From an uncultured Alphaproteobacteria bacterium (GTDB lineage: Bacteria > Pseudomonadota > Alphaproteobacteria > Rickettsiales > JALZUV01), in the NCBI GenBank assembly GCA_963837025.1, contig CAWILT010000002.1, positions 230,554-294,553 on the forward strand: a DNA stretch of 64,000 nt, in the 5' to 3' direction. Each line of letters opens with the position of its first letter. The stretch's first letter is position 1. Of the stretch, positions 55,758-64,000 are shown piece after piece. The notes below the pieces were generated by a model, which was given only the letters and a program-made list of their open reading frames with translations, ran no database searches and was not told the DNA's origin. Made by a program: the position numbers and the translations under genes.

Positions 55758-55794
55758 TTTTTTTAGATTCTTATTCTCGTTAGAGAATGAGAAA

Positions 55795-56151
55795 TTATGC
55801 TGCCATACGGTCAGTCATGCCATAGTGGCTGTAAAGATCTTGCTTGAATTTTGCATCAGCAAAGTTAGGCCAGTTATCTTTATCAAAACCTTCTGCATTT
55901 TCGAGCATTTCTTTGCTCACGTTCAATACGAATGTTTCATCTTTTGTATTTACAGTCATTGCTTCTGGTGGAATAGCGAATAATTTATCGCCCATGCCCA
56001 TGATGCCGCCAAATGAAAGTACATAATATTCTACACGATTTTCAGTAGTGCTTAACATCATATCTTTAATCGAACCTAAGCTTTCGCCTTGTGCATTTTT
56101 CACATCAGTTCCCATAATTGAATCAGCTGATAAAATTGTATTCTTGTTCAT
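55795..56151 (-). CDS. PRC-barrel domain protein
   Basis: ADSIMGTDVKNAQGESLGSIKDMMLSTTENRVEYYVLSFGG. Confidence 0.8.
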   Translation of the reverse strand: MNKNTILSADSIMGTDVKNAQGESLGSIKDMMLSTTENRVEYYVLSFGGIMGMGDKLFAIPPEAMTVNTKDETFVLNVSKEMLENAEGFDKDNWPNFADAKFKQDLYSHYGMTDRMAA

Positions 56152-56475
56152 AATAAAATCCTTTAGTTATTTAATTATCTTTAGTCGTCATCGACTTGGT
56201 TAATGTAGCCAAGTCACCCTCAATTCGCTATTGGCAGAAATGACGAGTTTATCAACAAAGGATAAAGATCCTGCCCACTTTAAAAATGGTGATACAACAG
56301 GCTTTATTAACGTGTCAGGACTGATCATTAACATCAGAAACAATAGTCTTTCTACTTCAAATAGCTATATTGCCATACAATCACTCATACCTCAATCCGT
56401 GAAGAGACTTCCCTCTAATGTCAATACAAACAACGCGCTAAAATATATACAATATTTAATATTTAGTGTTTAAAG

Positions 56476-56865
56476 CTATTCAATGTTGTCCTGCTTTTTT
56501 GAGCAGCATCGAGTATATTTATCAAATATTCGTAAGAATAGCACTGCGATAATTAGGCAGGCCCAACCGTTCAAAATTTCTTTAACCGTTATCCATTCAC
56601 CCACTTCATTATATCCACCAAATTTTTCAGGAATCCATAAGAATAAATGATTAGTACCATGGTATGAAAACACGAATAAACCTATAAAACCAAAGATTGC
56701 AATGGTCTTCAGCCATATAGACCATGAGCGAGGAAATAGACGGTGATCGTATTGTGATTGTAAGGTTAATTCAGAAAGAAAAGCCTTTTCTTTAATGGTC
56801 GCCCATAACATAAAGCAAAAACAAGCCATGCATACAGCTTTAAATATAATAATCGCAGTCTCCAT
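56476..56865 (-). CDS. hypothetical membrane protein
   Basis: Met at 56865 follows GGAGGTGGT. Four predicted hydrophobic helices. Confidence 0.5.
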   Translation of the reverse strand: METAIIIFKAVCMACFCFMLWATIKEKAFLSELTLQSQYDHRLFPRSWSIWLKTIAIFGFIGLFVFSYHGTNHLFLWIPEKFGGYNEVGEWITVKEILNGWACLIIAVLFLRIFDKYTRCCSKKQDNIE

Positions 56866-56906
56866 ACCACCTCCAGTTTGTTTAAACAAAAACAGGTACA
56901 ATGTTG

Positions 56907-57284
56907 TTATTGGATAGTATGGCGTTTTAAATCATCAAGTGATACATAATCTAATGCGCGAGCATGACAGGCATCTAGTTTAACGGGTGGCGCTACATTT
57001 TCCTCCATGGCCTCTCGCCAACGATAAGCACATACGCACCAACCATCACCTGCTTTTAAACCACTAAAGTTATATTCAGGACGAGCAGTAGAAAGATCGT
57101 TACCGCGTGATTTGGTGAATGTCAGAAATTCCTCCGTCATAATAGCGCAAATTACATGGCGGCCAGCGTCATGCGCATCGGTAAGACAAAATCCGTCGCG
57201 ATAAAAACCGGTTAATGGATCAACACAGCAAGATTGTAAGGGCTCGCCTAACACATTGAGCGATTGCGGTTTAACATTTTTCAT
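56907..57284 (-). CDS. DUF2237-family protein
   Basis: LNVLGEPLQSCCVDPLTGFYRDGFC...GRHVICA...GNDLST...GDGWCVCAYRW. Confidence 0.75.
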   Translation of the reverse strand: MKNVKPQSLNVLGEPLQSCCVDPLTGFYRDGFCLTDAHDAGRHVICAIMTEEFLTFTKSRGNDLSTARPEYNFSGLKAGDGWCVCAYRWREAMEENVAPPVKLDACHARALDYVSLDDLKRHTIQ

Positions 57285-57850
57285 TTTGCCAACTCTTCTT
57301 CAATCCGTTTGAGCACTTTTTCATCCGTAGGTTTGGTAGTACTTGTGTACCATTCAGCCAAATTACCATTTTTATCGATGAGATATTTATGGAAATTCCA
57401 TTTGGGCGAACCTAGCAAACCGGCCTTTTTATTTGCCCAAACATAAAATGGATGTGCGCTGCTGCCTTTAACATCATTAATCACCGTTAGCGGGAAAGTA
57501 ATTTCAAACTTTTCCTGTGTGAAGTTTTTCACTTCCTCTTCCTTCGCAAATTCTTGGCCGCCAAAATTATCCGATGGTACGCCGATAATGACCAATCCAT
57601 CATCTTTAAAATGGTCATACAGCTCTTGCAGCTGCGCATATTGCGGGGTTAGCCCACATTGCGATGCAGTGTTCACGATGAGCACCACTTTACCTTTTAG
57701 GCTTTCTAATTTCAATTTTGAATCATCCATCATGTGGAATTCAAATTGATGGGCATTAGGGATAGTCGTCATAGCGGGAGCCTCCTGCGCGGTTAGGTGA
57801 GTGAAAGGCAACCATAAACACATTGCCGCAAATAGGTGTGAAAATTTCAT
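57281..57850 (-). CDS. glutathione peroxidase (signal peptide)
   Basis: GKVVLIVNTASQCGLTPQYAQLQELY...WNFHKYLI. Confidence 0.9.
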   Translation of the reverse strand: MKFSHLFAAMCLWLPFTHLTAQEAPAMTTIPNAHQFEFHMMDDSKLKLESLKGKVVLIVNTASQCGLTPQYAQLQELYDHFKDDGLVIIGVPSDNFGGQEFAKEEEVKNFTQEKFEITFPLTVINDVKGSSAHPFYVWANKKAGLLGSPKWNFHKYLIDKNGNLAEWYTSTTKPTDEKVLKRIEEELAK

Positions 57851-59382
57851 GATAGCTCCTTAAAAAAGCGTTGTGAATCGTGGCGGATGGCGGCTTGTTT
57901 TTCGTCATCAAAATTATCATAGGTAGCATACATCATTCCGATGCGATGGTTGTTCGAAAGTTTGCTTCGGTTGCGTGCCAAGAAATCCCAATAAAGATAA
58001 TTAAAGGGGCAGGCGTCCGCCCCGTTCTTTTTGCTCACTTTATAGCTGCAAGATTTGCAATAATCCGACATTTTATTGATGTAGCTGCCGCCTGCGGCAT
58101 AGGGTTTGCTGGCAAGCATTCCGCCATCCGCAAATAGAATCATCCCACTTACATTGGGCATTTCCACCCATTCATAGGCATCGGCATAAACAATGAGGAA
58201 CCACTCATTTACTTGCGCTGGGGCGATACCCGCTATTAGCGCAAAATTGCCCAACACCATAAGCCGCTGAATATGATGCGCATAGGCATTTTGTTTGGTT
58301 TCGGTTACACATTGCCGCAAGCAGTTCATTTTGGTGTCACCTGTCCAATAAAATTCAGGTAATGGGCGCGAGGCATTGAAAAAATTTTCATTCGCATAAT
58401 CAGGCATTTTAAGCCAATAAAGTCCGCGAATATATTCGCGCCAACCCAATATCTGGCGAATAAATCCTTCAACTGCATTTAAAGGCGCGCCTTCTTCATG
58501 AAAGGCCTTTTCTGCCGCTGCGAGGATTTCCATGGGGGTGAGCAGGCCGCAATTTAAATAAAAACTGATATGCGAATGATACATCCATGGCTCATCCTGC
58601 ACCATCGCATCTTGATAATCGCCAAATTGATGCAAGCGCTCATCAATAAATTTATGCAGTGCATAAAGCGCTTGATCGCGTGTTACTGCAAAATGAAATG
58701 GCTCTAAATCTCCGAAATGCTCGCCAAAATTTTCTGCCACTAATGTGAGAACCTTATGGGTTATATCAGATGTTTGGGCATGATAGGTTTTCGGAACATC
58801 CAACCCTTGTTTGGGCGGTTTGCGGTTTTGAGCATCATAATTCCACTTGCCGCCTACGGGGTCATCGCCTTGCATCAAAATACCGGTTTTGATGCGCATC
58901 TGCCGATAGAAATTTTCCATACGATAGGTTTTGCGATTTTTCGCCCAGCCTTCAAACTCCGCGCGCGTGCAGATAAAGCGATCATCTTCACGAATCTCAA
59001 CTGGTATATTCAGCGCCTTTTTCCAGCTTTCAAATTCCTGTAGCACGCGATATTCACCAGGGAAGGTGAGAATAAGCCTATCAGGCGAATGCTTATCAAT
59101 GGCGCGCTTCACAGCATCAGTAAAACTGTTCAGCCCTTGCGCCTTATCCAGTTCACAATATTCAACGTAAAACCCTTTATCGCGCAACTCGGCGGCAAAG
59201 TGCCGCATGGCCGAAAATAGAAAAGCAATTTTCTTTTTGTGGTGCTTTACATAGCGGGTTTCATCCCACAGCTCTGCCATGAGGATAACATCCTCATTCG
59301 TATCGGCATCGGCCAAACTGGCCAAGCCATGGCTTAACTGATCGCCCGCTATTAATCGTAATGCACCCATAGTGCGCACCAT
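57847..59382 (-). CDS. FeS-cluster cryptochrome/(6-4) photolyase family protein (CryB/PhrB-like, COG3046)
   Basis: 511 aa. C-terminal YCKSCSYKVSKKNGADAC has the C-x2-C-x12-C spacing of the PhrB 4Fe-4S ligands, plus an upstream Cys (NCLRQC). Confidence 0.8.
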   Translation of the reverse strand: MVRTMGALRLIAGDQLSHGLASLADADTNEDVILMAELWDETRYVKHHKKKIAFLFSAMRHFAAELRDKGFYVEYCELDKAQGLNSFTDAVKRAIDKHSPDRLILTFPGEYRVLQEFESWKKALNIPVEIREDDRFICTRAEFEGWAKNRKTYRMENFYRQMRIKTGILMQGDDPVGGKWNYDAQNRKPPKQGLDVPKTYHAQTSDITHKVLTLVAENFGEHFGDLEPFHFAVTRDQALYALHKFIDERLHQFGDYQDAMVQDEPWMYHSHISFYLNCGLLTPMEILAAAEKAFHEEGAPLNAVEGFIRQILGWREYIRGLYWLKMPDYANENFFNASRPLPEFYWTGDTKMNCLRQCVTETKQNAYAHHIQRLMVLGNFALIAGIAPAQVNEWFLIVYADAYEWVEMPNVSGMILFADGGMLASKPYAAGGSYINKMSDYCKSCSYKVSKKNGADACPFNYLYWDFLARNRSKLSNNHRIGMMYATYDNFDDEKQAAIRHDSQRFFKELS

Positions 59383-59442
59383 AGCAAAGAGCGGCCCGCG
59401 ACTCTAATGAAGCTTTTGTAATTTTAAATTAAACGCGAAAAA

Positions 59443-60618
59443 CTAGGCGGCTTTTTTGCCTTCTACCGCATCAACAATTTTGCGTGCAGCATCGGCTAAA
59501 TCATCGCCCGATTGGATGGGTAATCCGCTCTCGGCCATAATCTTTTTGCCTTCAGCCACATTTGTGCCTTCCAAACGCACCACGAGCGGCACGGTAAGGT
59601 TAAGCTCGCGTGAGGCGGAAACCACACCTTCGGCAATAATATCGCAGCGCATAATGCCGCCGAAAATATTCACCAAAATGCCTTCAACATTAGGGTCACC
59701 CATAATGATTTTGAACGCTTCTTTTACTTTTTCTTTGGTTGCTCCACCGCCCACATCGAGGAAGTTAGCGGGCTCAGACCCATAGAGATTGATGATATCC
59801 ATCGTCGCCATGGCAAGGCCAGCACCGTTGACCATGCAGCCAATTTTACCATCCATTTTAATATAGGCTAAATCGAATTTTGAAGCGGCCAACTCTAGCG
59901 GATCTTCTTCATCTTCATCGCGTAATTCTAAAATATCAGGCTGGCGGAACAGTGCATTGGGATCAAAATTCATTTTCGCATCCAACGCAATCAGCGTGCC
60001 TTGCTTGGTGATAACCAGCGGATTAATTTCTACTTGGCTAGCATCAGTGCCGATAAAGCAATCATAGATGCCCTTAGCAAATTTGTAAAAGTCGCCCATA
60101 AGTTCTTTAGGAATTTCTAAACCGAACGCCAATCGACGCGCGTGGAATGGTTGAAAGCCTGATGCAGGATCAACCTTAGTCGTGAAAATCTTCTCAGGCG
60201 TTTCTTCAGCTACGGCTTCAATATCCATACCGCCTTCGGTTGAGGCCATAAAGGTAACAAAGCTGGTATCGCGATCAATTACGGCAGAAAAATAAAGTTC
60301 CTTATCAATATCAGAACCTTCTTCCACATAAACACGCTTTACCAATTGCCCATTTGGGCCGGTTTGGTGGGTAACCAACGTCATGCCCAGCATTTCTTTA
60401 GTGATTTCGTTAACTTCCTCAGCAGATTTGGCGATTTTCACGCCGCCCGCTTTGCCGCGACCACCTGCGTGAATTTGCGCTTTCACCACATATATTTTGC
60501 TTTTCAGTTCCTTGGCAATGGATTCGGCTTCTGCCGGAGTAAAGGCCACTTTGCCATAAGACACAGGCACGCCATATTTGCGAAGAACGGATTTAGCTTG
60601 GTATTCGTGGATATTCAT
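59443..60618 (-). CDS. sucC: succinyl-CoA synthetase beta subunit
   Basis: [19 protein letters not shown]...[15 protein letters not shown]...[13 protein letters not shown]. Confidence 0.95.
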   Translation of the reverse strand: MNIHEYQAKSVLRKYGVPVSYGKVAFTPAEAESIAKELKSKIYVVKAQIHAGGRGKAGGVKIAKSAEEVNEITKEMLGMTLVTHQTGPNGQLVKRVYVEEGSDIDKELYFSAVIDRDTSFVTFMASTEGGMDIEAVAEETPEKIFTTKVDPASGFQPFHARRLAFGLEIPKELMGDFYKFAKGIYDCFIGTDASQVEINPLVITKQGTLIALDAKMNFDPNALFRQPDILELRDEDEEDPLELAASKFDLAYIKMDGKIGCMVNGAGLAMATMDIINLYGSEPANFLDVGGGATKEKVKEAFKIIMGDPNVEGILVNIFGGIMRCDIIAEGVVSASRELNLTVPLVVRLEGTNVAEGKKIMAESGLPIQSGDDLADAARKIVDAVEGKKAA

Positions 60619-60702
60619 AGGAATTCACCTTATCTATTTTCAATTGTTGGCACTGTTTAAGCACCCTCGCGCGCTAAGCGCAAGGGGTGGCGTAAAGTTT
60701 GC

Positions 60703-61686
<984 letters not shown>

Positions 61687-62019
61687 TTATTGGCGTTACT
61701 ATAGAAAACTTCTGCCACCGCGCAACCCCAACCTATTTACCTATTCAAAATTCCAACAGCTTTTTGATGCAATGTTTAGAACCGTCATTAAATTGTCATG
61801 GTGCGTTCATGAAATGTTAATATTTATTAGGCATGATGAGGAGGTTATCTTACCCTTCTTCGTTTTGTAGAGCCTTTAATTTTTTCTACATACGTAGAAA
61901 GGTTACAGCTTTATGCTACGAGATTGAAATTGTAAGAGAACCGGCTAAAATTGACACAGTAGAGCCGTTTCAAACTACTGTATTTCCTTACAAGGCGCAC
62001 AACATCGCGCCTCAAAGAC

Positions 62020-62883
62020 ATGACAAACGACATGAACCACCAAGAAGAGGACATCAACCTGTTCTACGGCTACGAGTACATCGAAGCGCCAGCTTCTTTG
62101 GACGACGCCCTCAACAACCTAGAGTTTAGGCTTGAGGAGTTGAATGAGAAAACTTCTCCCGAAGCAATCGCTTTGGAGGAGATCGCGAAGTTCACTCCAG
62201 AAGCCGAAAGGTCTTTGGAAGTGAGAACTCTATTCCTCTACAAAGAGGACTGGGGCAGCAAGAAACTAGCTCACTACCGTGATCTAGTAAAGCTTGCCGA
62301 CTGGCTGCTTTCCGACGAAGGGCAGCTCATCAGCTTAACAGCTGACGAGCTTGAGGAAGCCGGTGTATCAAGCATTGAGGAGGCGAAAGCTTTCAACAAT
62401 GCTTGGTTACTAATTGCTCCCGAGCCTCAAGATTTCTCGCACGAGAAGAACCTGGGGGTGAGGAATTGTTTGTTAGCCTTCGGGCAGCAGACGAGTTGGT
62501 GCCACACACCAGCCGAGATGCGAACTGTTTTAAACGGTCCGCATCTTCCCGTTGGCTTGGCCAAGGGGAGTAGAATCTTATTCGAAGATTACTCCCCACG
62601 CCAGTACGAGATTTGGCTTGGGCGAAACCGAGAAAACCTCTCCCCAGCCATCAAAGGCTGGGAGAAGTCCCTGCTCTTTTGGCCGTCAGTGGCTGAAACT
62701 GTAGGAAAAATGCCAACCAAGCAGCAAGAAATTGCTGTGGAGGTGGTAGAGGAGATGGCTTCCGACTTTGAAAAAAGTCGTGAGCCATATTCCGACCAGT
62801 TACACTGGTTGGAAGATTGGAGCTGCTTCCAGAATAGGCTAGCAATAGCTTTCTGGGATAAGATGTCCCAAGCAATGGCGTAA
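62020..62883 (+). CDS. hypothetical protein, compositionally atypical orphan
   Basis: 287-aa ORF with G/C-ending codon preference unlike its neighbours. No family recognised. Terminator downstream. Confidence 0.5.
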   Translation: MTNDMNHQEEDINLFYGYEYIEAPASLDDALNNLEFRLEELNEKTSPEAIALEEIAKFTPEAERSLEVRTLFLYKEDWGSKKLAHYRDLVKLADWLLSDEGQLISLTADELEEAGVSSIEEAKAFNNAWLLIAPEPQDFSHEKNLGVRNCLLAFGQQTSWCHTPAEMRTVLNGPHLPVGLAKGSRILFEDYSPRQYEIWLGRNRENLSPAIKGWEKSLLFWPSVAETVGKMPTKQQEIAVEVVEEMASDFEKSREPYSDQLHWLEDWSCFQNRLAIAFWDKMSQAMA

Positions 62884-62906
62884 CCCGTTGCACATGTTTA
62901 AAAAAA

Positions 62907-62938
62907 GAGGAGTACCTGCGGGTGCCCCTCTTTTTTTT
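62907..62938. terminator. bidirectional terminator between the orphan and ppk
   Basis: GAGGAGTACC-TGCG-GGTGCCCCTC (one mismatch, one G-U pair) flanked by A7 and T8. Confidence 0.6.
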
Positions 62939-62956
62939 GTTTAAATTTTCGATAAT

Positions 62957-64000
62957 TTACGTTTTTCTTAGCACTTTGCCGCGGCCGGATAGGCTGGGGT
63001 TGGTCATGAAATAATCGTGGGCGCTAAAGCTTTCGGGCGTGTGCGGGGTGCGCGTGTAGCTGCCATCGGGTTGCAGCACCCAGCTTTGCTTTTCGTCTTT
63101 AAAGCTGGCCACCATGATTTGATCGAGAATTTGGGCATGCACGGTTTTATTTTCAATCGGCACTAGCACTTCCACGCGCCCATCAAAATTGCGGGGCATC
63201 CAATCGGCTGAGGCGATGAAAAGCTTGGCTTTATCGTGCGGCAGGGCGTGGCCATCGCCAAAGGCAACAATGCGCGAATGCTCTAAAAAACGCCCAATAA
63301 TGGATTTGACGGCGATATTTTCCGATAAATTCGGCACATTGGGTTTAAGGCTACAAATGCCGCGAATGATAAGGCTGATGATAACCCCAGCCTGACTGGC
63401 ACGGTAAAGCGCATCGATAATTTCAGCATCAAGCAATGCATTCATTTTAGCCCAAATATGGGCAGGACGGCCAGCGCGGGCATGGTCAGCCTCAGCATCA
63501 ATCAGGCGGATTAGCTCGTTTCGCATGTCTTTTGGAGCGATGACCAATTTTTGCATGTCGCGCGGCGGGGCGTAGCCGGTAACGAAATTAAACAGATAGG
63601 CCGCATCGCGACACAAGGTTTCATCGGTGGTGAAATAAGATAAATCGGTGTAGAATTTGGCGGTTTTCGGGTGATAGTTGCCCGTGCCAAAATGCGCGTA
63701 AGATTCCAGCTTGCTATCCGTTTTGCGCGTAACCAGCGTAATTTTAGCATGGGTTTTAAGCTTGACGAAGCCATACACTACCTGCACGCCCGCGCGCTCC
63801 ATATCGCGCGCCCAGCGAATGTTGGCCTCTTCATCAAAACGGGCTTTTAGCTCAACTAATGCCGTGACCGATTTGCCATTTTCCGCCGCTTGAATAAGTG
63901 CCGCCACAATCGGTGAATTGCTACTGGTGCGGTATAGCGTGGATTTGATGGAAATCACATCGGGGTCAGCCGCGGCTTGCTGCAAAAAGCGCACCACCAC
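62957..64000 (-). CDS. ppk: polyphosphate kinase 1, C-terminal ~347 aa (5' end outside window)
   Basis: [61 protein letters not shown]...HAKITLV. Confidence 0.9.
   Translation of the reverse strand: MVVRFLQQAAADPDVISIKSTLYRTSSNSPIVAALIQAAENGKSVTALVELKARFDEEANIRWARDMERAGVQVVYGFVKLKTHAKITLVTRKTDSKLESYAHFGTGNYHPKTAKFYTDLSYFTTDETLCRDAAYLFNFVTGYAPPRDMQKLVIAPKDMRNELIRLIDAEADHARAGRPAHIWAKMNALLDAEIIDALYRASQAGVIISLIIRGICSLKPNVPNLSENIAVKSIIGRFLEHSRIVAFGDGHALPHDKAKLFIASADWMPRNFDGRVEVLVPIENKTVHAQILDQIMVASFKDEKQSWVLQPDGSYTRTPHTPESFSAHDYFMTNPSLSGRGKVLRKT

Overview
The window looks alphaproteobacterial, judged by gene order and protein types, and falls into four parts. All calls are by eye from motifs; no database search or computed statistic was possible. 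(1) 1-10.1 kb is housekeeping: a nitrilase-family gene, a MetE N-domain-only ORF, a porin, yggS, and a glyA-nrdR-(lipoprotein)-ribD-ribE-ribB(X) block. (2) 10.2-21.4 kb is a flagellar cluster, fliC-flaG-fliD-fliS-fliK-flgD-flgE. FliD (855 aa) and FlgE (934 aa) are unusually large, and three sigma54-type promoters are visible. It is followed by ksgA-surA-lptD, lptG-lptF, a TrmH-family methyltransferase and tRNA-Tyr(GUA). (3) 29.4-46.2 kb is a composite, decaying island next to the tRNA. It holds an intact DUF2924/large-serine-recombinase/HTH trio, a frameshifted sigma factor, and a replication-like HTH gene with internal iteron-like repeats. It also holds a hipB-hipA operon overlapped by an AT-rich third gene with a HEPN-like R-x4-H motif, a broken dcm, and a ParB-methyltransferase followed by a PD-(D/E)xK-like ORF. 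The rest is a lambda-type packaging module wrecked by a terminase-portal deletion fusion and a frameshift, a tyrosine-integrase stub, and rfbD plus a nonsense-mutated rfbC. (4) 46.3-64 kb holds a circularly permuted ATP-grasp / alpha-E / transglutaminase / DUF2126 cluster, one member carrying an N-terminal Cys-less YafJ-type amidotransferase domain. Next comes a block that looks light- or oxidative-stress related (FeS-type photolyase/cryptochrome, glutathione peroxidase, DUF2237, PRC-barrel, DUF3429, DUF2256, FAD oxidoreductase). Last are sucC (no sucD beside it), mdh, a compositionally odd orphan, and ppk1 (partial). The best candidates for something undescribed are the hipBA + HEPN-like three-gene unit, the methylase + PD-(D/E)xK pair, and the amidotransferase-fused ATP-grasp/transglutaminase system.
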